Shown piece by piece: positions 37,299-46,502 of a DNA stretch of 61,080 nucleotides (within the stretch, counting starts at the first letter, position 1; every line of letters starts with the position of its first letter). The stretch is from the IMG/VR virus record IMGVR_UViG_3300037067_005176, positions 1 through 61,080 of that record; one strand, 5' to 3'. The DNA comes from a virus (Duplodnaviria > Heunggongvirae > Uroviricota > Caudoviricetes). The notes below the pieces were generated by a model. That model was not told the DNA's origin. It ran no database searches and was given only the letters and a program-made list of their open reading frames with translations. A program made the position numbers and the translations under genes.

Positions 37299-37338
37299 AA
37301 TGCCTCCAATTATATTGTTATTTATAATTGAAGGCATT
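37299..37338 (-). promoter_or_regulatory. SD-sequestering hairpin containing late promoter
   Basis: 16-bp stem AATGCCTTCAATTATA/TATAATTGGAGGCATT; TATAAATA 37319-37326. Confidence 0.7.
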
Positions 37339-37361
37339 GATAACTTAGGATTTAATTTTAT

Positions 37362-37513
37362 TTACTTAACGAATGATTTGAGCTTTGACTTCTTCCTTAT
37401 CACCCAAGCAGCTTTTAATTTTTGCTTAGTTTCATCGCTTACTTTAGTGCCAAGTCTAGCCATTCTCATCTTCAACCGGAAATAAGAAACGAATGACGAG
37501 TTCGCTGTCCCAC
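37362..37513 (-). pseudogene. Collapsed HEG: partial leader plus NUMOD3 fragment
   Basis: GGACAG-hairpin leader start; LGTKVSDETKQKLK...KLKSFVK*. Confidence 0.55.
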
Positions 37514-37519
37514 TTTATA

Positions 37520-38872
37520 TTATTTAATAAATGATTTTAACCGGCCTTCAGGTTTGCGTTTTTGTGAAACGGTCTTCCATGGATCCGTAAAAGAACACGA
37601 TGTAATCGTATGCTCTAAATCGCCATGCATATTATTTTGTAACATCAATATATCATTCATAGGAAAATCTAAATCCTTTACAAATCTAGAATCGTTATGT
37701 ACTATACCGTAAGCCCAACGAATATGATCAGCGCCTGTGCATATAGGCAATGATTGTGCTATATGATTAAAATTCTTCACAGGATCAATCAAACGGAATG
37801 TTGTTGGATAACCCATAAGACACATCAATTCACGAATTGTCAAATAACGATTATGCTTTGGATGTACAATACTAAATGCATTCTTAGAAACGATCGCGTT
37901 TGTACGTCCTTTTGCGAAAATTGGAGATGAATCCCAGAATCCTTTTCCGTCGGCAAGTTTAGCCAACATATATTCGGCTTTCTTTGCCATCTTTTCATAT
38001 TTTCCAAAGAAAGTTTTGTCCTTCTTGTACATTTCCAACCATACAGGCCATGAGGAAAATGATTTACTGTCGTTTTCAGTTTCCTGGGTAAGACTTCTCA
38101 TATATTTCCAAAGATCATGCATATTGATAAGATCTTCAAATTCAGTATTCCAATTTGTTCTCATAACAATGTGGTCATTTCCAGCATCAGGAGTTTCAAC
38201 GGTTGGAAAGTTAAATCCATCAAGCCATTCTTCAAGAGGAGGGGCTTTCTTTGAAATATTTTTGAACAACACATGCTTTGGTTTCTTGTAGAGATATGCA
38301 AAAGCCCTTGCGCGATTTTGAGGAATTCCATGCTGAGAAGTTGTAGTCTTTGTAAGATGGAACTTATATTCCTTATCAAGTCCATTGAACTTCAAGATTT
38401 CATTAATCTCATTCAATACCTTCAAGCCTTCAGCACCTAAAAGTCCTGGAGCATTTTCAAAACACAGAACGGTCGAACCTTGAGCGAGGAACCATTTTAC
38501 AGATTCATACATCCAACGATTTGCTGCGCTGTCGGCACCACGATTTCCTGCGTTTAACATGCTGAGGCCCGCACATGGAGGGATTGAAAGCTGAATATCT
38601 GAAGGAGCAATGTTTAATTCCTTTGCACAGGACTTGAATACGGTAATATCCTTTGAGTAAGGATCTGCAATGTGTTGTTTAACACCTTCGTGAAGTTCAT
38701 CCAAATATTTGAACTGAATATCAGGAAAATTCTTTACAAGATGTGCTTCATGGTTCTTAAAAGGTGACAAACTTAGAAAATGGTCAACCTTGATATTCAA
38801 TTCCTTTTCAACAGAACGGCGTGCAAGTTCCCATGGACCGATTAACGAAATAAAATGCGTAACTGTAGACAT
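37520..38872 (-). CDS. DNA cytosine-C5 methyltransferase-like protein
   Basis: PPCAGLS (IV), FENAP (VI), PQNRAR (VIII), RYLTIRELMCLMGYP (IX); motif I divergent. Confidence 0.8.
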   Translation of the reverse strand: MSTVTHFISLIGPWELARRSVEKELNIKVDHFLSLSPFKNHEAHLVKNFPDIQFKYLDELHEGVKQHIADPYSKDITVFKSCAKELNIAPSDIQLSIPPCAGLSMLNAGNRGADSAANRWMYESVKWFLAQGSTVLCFENAPGLLGAEGLKVLNEINEILKFNGLDKEYKFHLTKTTTSQHGIPQNRARAFAYLYKKPKHVLFKNISKKAPPLEEWLDGFNFPTVETPDAGNDHIVMRTNWNTEFEDLINMHDLWKYMRSLTQETENDSKSFSSWPVWLEMYKKDKTFFGKYEKMAKKAEYMLAKLADGKGFWDSSPIFAKGRTNAIVSKNAFSIVHPKHNRYLTIRELMCLMGYPTTFRLIDPVKNFNHIAQSLPICTGADHIRWAYGIVHNDSRFVKDLDFPMNDILMLQNNMHGDLEHTITSCSFTDPWKTVSQKRKPEGRLKSFIK

Positions 38873-38881
38873 AATTCAACC

Positions 38882-40237
38882 TCATTTTTTAATAAATTTT
38901 CCTAGACCAATTGCTTTTGGTGCGTCAACTTTAACAGTTCCGAATTGGAGGTTTAAATTTGAATCTTTACAGACTTTGTTTAAAACTCTAGGAAGGAAAT
39001 TTCCACTGACAGCTTCAACTAACAACAGATTTTGAAGATCTTTGACTAATTTAATTCTTTCTTCATTATATTTATTGAGGAAATTTATCTTCTTGTACAT
39101 GTCTTCCGGAGAAGCAACTCGAAGAAAATGGTCCTTTGCAATAAGATCGCAATTGATGTCATAATCAGGATGGAAGAAAGGTACAACACCTGAAAGAAGC
39201 ATTTCTAAATATTTGTATGATGCCCATTTCTTTCTCAATGGAATAACCAAAGTATATTTTGTATTTTCAAAAATCTTTGGAAGTTCTGTATGAGCGACTA
39301 AACCTTTGAACTGAGAATAACCTTTTGAATACTGTTCATCCCATCTTCCATATACTGAAAACTTTTGTTCTTTATCAACATCAAGAACCCATTTCTTCAA
39401 TTCAGTATAACGATAATCCTTTTTGCTATTTTCCGAAGAGGCTTGCATTGCAACGATTGCGAATTCATTAGTTCTTTCATTTGAAGGATCGGAAATTTTC
39501 TTTTTGAATGCATTAACCTTTTCAATTTCTGCGTACTTAAAGTCGATCTTTTCAATAATGTAATCCATTTGCTTTGTTGTTAAATCTGGACGATATTCTT
39601 TGATATATTTCCAATCCAATGTTTGTTCGCATTGCGCAAGAATTGCTTTAGGTAATCTAAACACATCATAAAGTATTCCCATTTTTTCTTCGCCAGTCCA
39701 ACGAGGGTCCGGAATCATTACAAAATATGGTGTAGTCGTTGAATTGATATATTCCGAAATAGGTGATGCATAATTAAAACCCATTTCAAGAGAAACATTT
39801 GGAGTTCCGTGCCTTGTAAACTTTGTATTAGGTACACACCAATTTGCAGCGCCTTGAGAAAGATAAATCAAATTAAGGTCAATATCTGGGTGATTTTCAG
39901 TAACCCACTTTTTCATTTCATGAATACAATGAAATTGAGCTTCTGCGCGATTCTTAAATGAATCAACATCAATCTTTTTATACATTTGTCCAGGCTTTAC
40001 AATATGAGCAGTCGCATCAATTATTTTTCCTTTAGGATCAAATGCAGCTCTCTCTTGTGGAGTCAACTTCGAATAATTTGAAGAACTCAAAAGAACAACG
40101 TTTTTAATGTTTTCAATTGATAAAAGAATCTTCAAGTAATAATAATAGTCAGCAGAGCCGTTTGTATGCTTAATGCTTTCTTTATCTAATGTCAATGCGG
40201 AACCCCAAGCTCCAAATCCAATTTTTAAATCATCCAT
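38882..40237 (-). CDS. GT-B glycosyltransferase resembling T4 DNA beta-glucosyltransferase
   Basis: DPR, VYGRW, FKG, TLVI...KYLEMLLSGVVPFFHPDYD; located in the DNA modification cluster. Confidence 0.7.
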   Translation of the reverse strand: MDDLKIGFGAWGSALTLDKESIKHTNGSADYYYYLKILLSIENIKNVVLLSSSNYSKLTPQERAAFDPKGKIIDATAHIVKPGQMYKKIDVDSFKNRAEAQFHCIHEMKKWVTENHPDIDLNLIYLSQGAANWCVPNTKFTRHGTPNVSLEMGFNYASPISEYINSTTTPYFVMIPDPRWTGEEKMGILYDVFRLPKAILAQCEQTLDWKYIKEYRPDLTTKQMDYIIEKIDFKYAEIEKVNAFKKKISDPSNERTNEFAIVAMQASSENSKKDYRYTELKKWVLDVDKEQKFSVYGRWDEQYSKGYSQFKGLVAHTELPKIFENTKYTLVIPLRKKWASYKYLEMLLSGVVPFFHPDYDINCDLIAKDHFLRVASPEDMYKKINFLNKYNEERIKLVKDLQNLLLVEAVSGNFLPRVLNKVCKDSNLNLQFGTVKVDAPKAIGLGKFIKK

Positions 40238-40688
40238 TTTTTACCTCTACGGACTTTATAACACGATCTCTTAAATCGGATGAACTAAAAGTATGTGTTC
40301 TCTTGTTGTAATAAACTTCGATGCCTTCAATGTCGGAGCCTGTATGAGGCTTTCCTTTATATTCTTCACCAACGAAACGAATATCTGGCATGATTATATG
40401 CAACATATCGTTAAGATCTTTTTCGGAATCAAACGGAACAACCATATCAACGAAAACACATGAACTAACTTGAATCCAACGTTCCAATGTTGATTGAACT
40501 GGCTTATTCTTTTCAGGTCTTGAAATAGTTGGATCTGTTAAAAGACCAACGACAAGGAAATCGCATTTTGATTTTGCTTCAGCTAACATTGCCATGTGAC
40601 CTGCGTGAGGTCCTAATTCAAATGTGCTTGCGGTAAATCCAATTTTCTTTCCTTGTGATTTCATTTGCAAAATTGTACTTAAATTCAT
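40230..40688 (-). CDS. Cytidylyltransferase (TagD-like)
   Basis: GFTASTF, HAGH, LVVGL, KNKPVQ, ER, RTHTFSSS. Confidence 0.85.
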   Translation of the reverse strand: MNLSTILQMKSQGKKIGFTASTFELGPHAGHMAMLAEAKSKCDFLVVGLLTDPTISRPEKNKPVQSTLERWIQVSSCVFVDMVVPFDSEKDLNDMLHIIMPDIRFVGEEYKGKPHTGSDIEGIEVYYNKRTHTFSSSDLRDRVIKSVEVKNG

Positions 40689-41701
40689 AACACCTCAATC
40701 AATTTTTCAATTTCTTCAACAACTCGAACTTTTAATTCGTCTGAACTATACTTATATATGCGAATCCATTGAGTGAGTTCAACAATACTTAAGTAAGGCA
40801 TATAATCTTCGTACATTCTGGAAATTATTTTATGTTCTTCCATCATGTTGTAACGACGAAGAGAATGTAACAACTTACCTACATCCAAAATCCAACTTGA
40901 ATAAAGTCCATCAACATGAATAGGATCAATCATATAGACTTTTCCGTTCTTTGCAATCAAGTTATCAATTGAAAAATCACCATGACTGAAAGAGGAATAA
41001 GAATCAAAATCGCATTCTTGATTTTTCAGCATTCTTATAACGAATTTCTTTTTTGTTTTGTCAATTGGAATCCCTTTTAAATGATCCTCAACTCTTTTAA
41101 TATAAGTACTGAATGGATTAACTGTTGTTGGGATACATTTCATTCTGTTGATGATCGAAATGACATCGAAGATACATACATCAGAATCTTTCTCAATGTA
41201 TTCCATACAAAGTGTATTTCCAATTAATGAATGAATTTTTGGAGTATTAAAATATTTCGATGCCGTACGATACCAAGCAGTTGCATCAATTGAGTTTTCT
41301 GCATTCTTATAAACTTTATCATTTCGTTTTTCAATGAACGCACCACTCATTCCACCTTTGAGAATCTTTATGTCAAGATTGGTAAAATCTTCAGGAGTTA
41401 TTCCTTTGTCATCAATGTAATATGCAGCAAGAATCTTATTGAATGAAAGACTGTGATACTTCGCTCCGTGTTTTTCAAACCATGCTTTAATTCCTGGTGC
41501 AAACTTTTCTTCAGCTTCTTCTCGGCTTTTGCAAGATAATGATCCACGAGCTGTTACAAAATTAATTTCCCAACCTTCATCATATAACTTATTTAACTTG
41601 TTGATAAGTTCAATGTTTGGAGTTGCGTTTTCCCAGTCACGGTTTGTAGTGAATGAAATAGTATCATCAATATCAACAACTATTCTTTTAAAATGATCCA
41701 T
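40685..41701 (-). CDS. HAD phosphatase fused to APH/choline kinase-like domain
   Basis: VDIDDTI, TARG, YYIDDK; GGMSGA, HGDFSIDN, IDP. Confidence 0.8.
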   Translation of the reverse strand: MDHFKRIVVDIDDTISFTTNRDWENATPNIELINKLNKLYDEGWEINFVTARGSLSCKSREEAEEKFAPGIKAWFEKHGAKYHSLSFNKILAAYYIDDKGITPEDFTNLDIKILKGGMSGAFIEKRNDKVYKNAENSIDATAWYRTASKYFNTPKIHSLIGNTLCMEYIEKDSDVCIFDVISIINRMKCIPTTVNPFSTYIKRVEDHLKGIPIDKTKKKFVIRMLKNQECDFDSYSSFSHGDFSIDNLIAKNGKVYMIDPIHVDGLYSSWILDVGKLLHSLRRYNMMEEHKIISRMYEDYMPYLSIVELTQWIRIYKYSSDELKVRVVEEIEKLIEVL

Positions 41702-41719
41702 ATTACCTCTTGTTTCTGT

Positions 41720-42478
41720 TTATTTATGAAGCAAGTTTTTTCTTAATAAATAAACGACTTCGTCCTTCAAATAAGGAACCTTAAATGCATTGTAATTTTT
41801 ATTCTTCATGGAGATTTGACAGATATTTAAAGTACCAATCTTAATATCGGTATTCCGTTCAATGATATACTTATAAAGAGACAATTGTAAAGCATATTCA
41901 TTGAAATTGCATTCATCCAAATGATCTAATCCAATAAGTTTATGGCCGTAAGGATTAGACTTTTTAATTTCTTTACTTGTTTTCCAATCCCAGATATCAA
42001 CGCGATCGTTTACTTTGTTGTGGAATAATCCATCGAATGTACCAGCAACTTTGTAATCAATATCATAAACAACATTTTCAGCTGCAATAAGAGACATCAG
42101 TTTACTTGCAGACTTATAAAAGTTTCCATACTGTTCTTTAAGACAATCAAGCTCAACGATCATTTCAAAATACTTATCTTGTGGTTTCCAGTTATATTTT
42201 TTACCTTGCCAAAGATATTCAATATGCGAATGCATTTCATGACCTTTTATTCTGGCATAATCGCCTTTACGTTCCCAATTTAAAAGAACATCACGAACTG
42301 GAATTCCTAAAGATTCTGCTTGTTGTGCCGCGAGTCTTTCTGTATCAAAGAACGTAGTTGTTGCAACCAATTTAGTTACAGACACTAAAGGAATTCCATT
42401 CACTGAATAAGAATGGAATTCCTCGTTAAACTCAATGTCTTTAAACTTCTCTAATTCTTTTAAAACAAAAAAATTCAT
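41720..42478 (-). CDS. PD-(D/E)XK exonuclease
   Basis: SVT, GHEMH, AGTFDG, DWKT, YALQLSLY. Confidence 0.8.
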   Translation of the reverse strand: MNFFVLKELEKFKDIEFNEEFHSYSVNGIPLVSVTKLVATTTFFDTERLAAQQAESLGIPVRDVLLNWERKGDYARIKGHEMHSHIEYLWQGKKYNWKPQDKYFEMIVELDCLKEQYGNFYKSASKLMSLIAAENVVYDIDYKVAGTFDGLFHNKVNDRVDIWDWKTSKEIKKSNPYGHKLIGLDHLDECNFNEYALQLSLYKYIIERNTDIKIGTLNICQISMKNKNYNAFKVPYLKDEVVYLLRKNLLHK

Positions 42479-42579
42479 ATGTCTCCTATATTTTTAACAA
42501 ATATAAAAAACTTTATGAATTTTTGAAAGTTTGGATTTTAAAAATTAATTATCCACACATGCTTGTTCCACAAGAAGGA

Positions 42580-43485
42580 TCACTGCACTTTTTTGTTTGG
42601 ATTATTACTTTGCATTCTTTTTATGAGGCGCTCCTTAGCAACATCTTTATATACTTTTTTATCTCTTTCAATTTTAGTCTCTAATATCACATAATTAATA
42701 AATTTATATTTACATTTAAAAATTTTTGAAATATCTTTGATTGAATAAAAATCATCTTTATACAAAGAACATATTTTATTAATTTCCAATTTTGAAAACA
42801 TTAAGTCTATTATATTTTTTCTTTTATTTGAATTATTTGTTAATTGGGTTTTAACACTCTTATCATGTAATTTTTTAACAGACATTGGATTGTTAATTGT
42901 CATCTTAAACCAATGTGGCATTAACGGGCCAATAAATAAAGGATTGTTTAATTCAAATATTTTTCGTTTTGTTTTTATAACCTTATCAACAACAGCGGAA
43001 TTTTGCATTGGATTATTACGCTTCATGTGAATTGATGAATTTCTTTTAGTTTCTTCCGAATGAATTATCGGTTTAATAAAACCCAATGTTATATTATGTA
43101 ATCGTGTCTTCGTTGCATTTAATCTATAACAATGATTATGCATTGGATTATTTTTCTTCATTCTTTCTGAATTTGCAATCTTTAATAACTCATATTGTTT
43201 TGAACTTATTTTAAAATTTCGTTCTTGATAAGTTCTCTTTTGATAAACCATTTTATGATATGCTAATAATAAAGAATTATTATTTGGATTAGATTTCCAA
43301 AGCAACCAATGACAAAGATAGTGTTCCCTTCCGGTTAATAAAACTAAATTACTTTTTATATTATTTCCATTTAGACATCTTGGAACTATATGATGAAGTT
43401 CGGTATAATAATCAAGCGTATTTTTATTCAACATACGATTTTTTGCATTATTAATTATTTCATTATAAATCCTTTGATAATTCAT
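42580..43485 (-). CDS. HNH homing endonuclease (MNYQRIY family)
   Basis: ELHHIVPRCL...NLVLLTGREHYLCHWLL; NNPM repeats. Confidence 0.9.
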   Translation of the reverse strand: MNYQRIYNEIINNAKNRMLNKNTLDYYTELHHIVPRCLNGNNIKSNLVLLTGREHYLCHWLLWKSNPNNNSLLLAYHKMVYQKRTYQERNFKISSKQYELLKIANSERMKKNNPMHNHCYRLNATKTRLHNITLGFIKPIIHSEETKRNSSIHMKRNNPMQNSAVVDKVIKTKRKIFELNNPLFIGPLMPHWFKMTINNPMSVKKLHDKSVKTQLTNNSNKRKNIIDLMFSKLEINKICSLYKDDFYSIKDISKIFKCKYKFINYVILETKIERDKKVYKDVAKERLIKRMQSNNPNKKVQ

Positions 43486-43598
43486 ATTAGTCTCCTCAAA
43501 TTGAATTGCTGCCAGGCAATTTTGATTATTTATAAGGAAAGGGTATTGAGGAGACTATATCAATACCCTTTATCGCGCTGGCACGCTATCCTATAAAT
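43486..43598 (-). promoter_or_regulatory. Structured HEG leader with anti-SD loop, kissing loops and late promoter
   Basis: TGCCAG/CTGGCA and TAGTCTCCTCAA/TTGAGGAGACTA complementarity; TATAAATA 43527-43534. Confidence 0.65.
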
Positions 43599-45950
43599 TT
43601 AGCCGCATACTGAATAGCCGCACTCAGGATCACTGCATTTTTTACAACCTTCTATTCTTATAAGGTCTGCTCCACACTTTGGACATTTCTCACCTTGGAC
43701 TTTAACTCCATCAGCAATATAATGTTTCAATGTTCGAGTGATTGCTTTTGCAAAAGAATTTAATGCACCTTTTGTTTTTTCTAATTGCTGAACAAGAATG
43801 CTAATATCCACGCCATGTCTGAGAGAGGTGCTAATACTTCTAGTAAGGGCGTCAGCTTCAGCATTAGAATGGCCATTCGTGAGGTGATAAATTGTTTGAG
43901 TTTCTTCATCGTTGAAATCATAATCTCCTCTTCCATTTTTAATGATTGTTCCGTTCTTTACAGACTTAGGAATGTAAACTTCGCCATCGTCATTATGATT
44001 GATGCCTGTAAATACTTCGTACAAATCTTTACCAAGCATTCCTGTTGCAACATAATATGATTGTTTGTTTACAACAAACTGGTGCATTTCACCTTTTAAA
44101 ACCTTTAATCGTTTTGGCGCATTCGTTTTAACAATAATTGGTTCAGATGCCGCAGTCGATGCCATTAAAACGCCTTCGCCCCTTGAACCATCTCGGTAAA
44201 CTGAAACGCCAATCACACCCCGCTTATATACATCTTTATAAGCATCAGAAATGTCTTTTTCAGTCGCTTCCTTTGGAAGATTTACAGTTTTTGAAATAGA
44301 CAATGATGTTGCTACAGCCCAAGGTTCTAAAGAATCAATATGATCGACAGGAGTCAAATCTGAAGAAATAACAAACGTATCCTGATCCTGCTTTAGAATC
44401 AATGGGCAACCTTGAATTGAGCCGCGATTTGCTGCAATATATTCAAGAACCTCAAGCTTAACAGCACCAGAATAACCGCTATTATTCAAGTATTCATCAA
44501 ACACTGGATCTGAAATAAATACCTTTTCAAACACAGGTTTATTAAACTCATCCTTGCCCTTTTCAATGTTTCGTGCAAATGTTAAAGCAAAAACAGGTTC
44601 AATACCACCTGAAGAATCTGCAATATATGAAATCGAACCAGTTGGCGCGATTGAAGTTTGACAACTATTACGTATGCCGAACTTTTTAATATCTGAAACA
44701 ATTTCATTAACGTTTATATTAAAAAGATTTCCGTTTTTATCATAAACATTAGATGTCCAAAAGCGATCATTAGCTTTCAAATATTCATCAACATCAAATG
44801 CGGCATACGAACCCTTTTCTTTAGCAATTTCAATAGACGTTTTCATTGAGCGAAGAGTGATATATGTCATCAAAGATTTTGAAAAATCATAAGCTGTTTT
44901 AGAATTAAATTTAATTCCCATTTTCATGAACATATGAGCCACACCCATCACACCTAGACCAATTGGCCGAATATCCTTTGTCACCTTTTCAATCTTTTCA
45001 ATTGGGAAAGTATTATTATCAATAACAGAATCCAAAAAGCGTGTTGCAATATCAATTGCGTCAGAAAGCTCGTTCCAATCAAGGCGACCAGATTTTACAA
45101 ACTTTGAAAGATTTATTGAGCCAAGATTACATGAAGAGAATGGGATATTCACATATTCCGTACAAGGATTATTACCAACTTTTCCTTTACCATATTTCAA
45201 AACTGTGCATTGTTTTTCAGCAATATCGCTATTCAAAATACCCGGTTCGGCTGAAGCATGCGCAAGATGTATAATCTTATCCCAAAGTTGTCTAATTGTA
45301 ACAGGCTTTCCGTCCTTATCAAGAAGATCGTACGACTTTGAATCTGTAACATTTTTAACTTGCATAATTTCATCAGGAGAATTATCAAGTTTTTCATAGA
45401 ACCATCCAGGGACACGAACGCTAAGATTAAAACGATTCAAACGCAAAGTAGAATAATCTTTCTTTGCTTCAATGAATTCAAGGATTGAAGGATGATTTAT
45501 ATTCAACCACGCCCCGCCAGCGCCTTTACGAGCACCTCCTTGACGAATACCATCAAGCATTGAATTGAACATATCCATAAATGGAAGAGGGCCACTTGAT
45601 TTACGACCATCAAGAGACTTGATTTCTTCGGAAGCAGAACGCAATGGTGAAAAATCATATCCAATTCCACCAGCATTTTTTGTTACGATTGCTGATTCTT
45701 TAAGCGCATCAAAAATTCCTTCAATAGAATCATCAATACCCATAACGAAACATGACGATAATCCGCCCAAGCGCTTGCCTTTTGTATTGCCGTTCATCAA
45801 TGTTGGAGTTGATGGAATAAATTTCATATCTTTAATAAGTTGTGCAACTGGTTCGTATATTCCACCGACTCTTTCAGCTAACTCTAGCCATGAGTTTTCG
45901 TTTTGTAAGAAATAGCGATCCCTTAGCAAATTCATAATTGCTTCATTCAT
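43599..45950 (-). CDS. nrdJ: Class II (adenosylcobalamin-dependent) ribonucleotide reductase
   Basis: PSTPTLMN, LSSCFV, GGIG, NPCTE, CNLGSINL, SIAPTG, YRDGSR, C-terminal Zn ribbon; no small subunit nearby. Confidence 0.85.
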   Translation of the reverse strand: MNEAIMNLLRDRYFLQNENSWLELAERVGGIYEPVAQLIKDMKFIPSTPTLMNGNTKGKRLGGLSSCFVMGIDDSIEGIFDALKESAIVTKNAGGIGYDFSPLRSASEEIKSLDGRKSSGPLPFMDMFNSMLDGIRQGGARKGAGGAWLNINHPSILEFIEAKKDYSTLRLNRFNLSVRVPGWFYEKLDNSPDEIMQVKNVTDSKSYDLLDKDGKPVTIRQLWDKIIHLAHASAEPGILNSDIAEKQCTVLKYGKGKVGNNPCTEYVNIPFSSCNLGSINLSKFVKSGRLDWNELSDAIDIATRFLDSVIDNNTFPIEKIEKVTKDIRPIGLGVMGVAHMFMKMGIKFNSKTAYDFSKSLMTYITLRSMKTSIEIAKEKGSYAAFDVDEYLKANDRFWTSNVYDKNGNLFNINVNEIVSDIKKFGIRNSCQTSIAPTGSISYIADSSGGIEPVFALTFARNIEKGKDEFNKPVFEKVFISDPVFDEYLNNSGYSGAVKLEVLEYIAANRGSIQGCPLILKQDQDTFVISSDLTPVDHIDSLEPWAVATSLSISKTVNLPKEATEKDISDAYKDVYKRGVIGVSVYRDGSRGEGVLMASTAASEPIIVKTNAPKRLKVLKGEMHQFVVNKQSYYVATGMLGKDLYEVFTGINHNDDGEVYIPKSVKNGTIIKNGRGDYDFNDEETQTIYHLTNGHSNAEADALTRSISTSLRHGVDISILVQQLEKTKGALNSFAKAITRTLKHYIADGVKVQGEKCPKCGADLIRIEGCKKCSDPECGYSVCG

Positions 45951-45990
45951 ATTAGTACTCCTTTGTCTTTTATATTCCAATCATCATAAG

Positions 45991-46470
45991 TTACTTAGAA
46001 AAGAGGTCTTTCTCAGTTATCACAGTGAATTGATAACCATTCTTTCTACAATATTCACGAGCAGCTTGCCACTTTGAATGGTTCTTGCGAATAGTGTTAA
46101 CTTTGTTTAAATAATTTTGAAGAGCCTTCATTGATTTTTTCTTTGGCTCTCTTGGGAGAATTAGATTTCCCATTTCATCAAGTTGTTCGGATTGATTTGA
46201 CGGCTTTACTTCAATTACCAACTTATTTATTTTGCCTGAAGAATCTTTAATCTCAACAACAAAATCAGTTATATACCGGTGCATACGACCATCGACTTCA
46301 TTTAAATAAGGAATGGTCAGAACTTCCGACCCCCACCTAATAACATTTCTGTTAAGATCCAAATAATTCATAAATCGTTCTTCATAAGATGATCTATAAT
46401 AAATTGGATTTGTGTTCGTTACCTTTTCAGGAAAACGAGGGGTAAAATAATTCTGTTTCCATTCCGCCAT
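45991..46470 (-). CDS. Head completion nuclease (T4 gp4-like)
   Basis: YRSSYE, WGSE, HRYITDF, IEVKP, KWQAA, ITEKDL; late promoter 46500-46507. Confidence 0.85.
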   Translation of the reverse strand: MAEWKQNYFTPRFPEKVTNTNPIYYRSSYEERFMNYLDLNRNVIRWGSEVLTIPYLNEVDGRMHRYITDFVVEIKDSSGKINKLVIEVKPSNQSEQLDEMGNLILPREPKKKSMKALQNYLNKVNTIRKNHSKWQAAREYCRKNGYQFTVITEKDLFSK

Positions 46471-46502
46471 AAACCGCCTTTCAATTTGTGATTGCGATTT
46501 AT

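Noticed and set aside
43599-45980. Intein in NrdJ (or at the PolB DTDS motif), both common insertion sites
   Set aside because: Motifs are contiguous and protein lengths are normal
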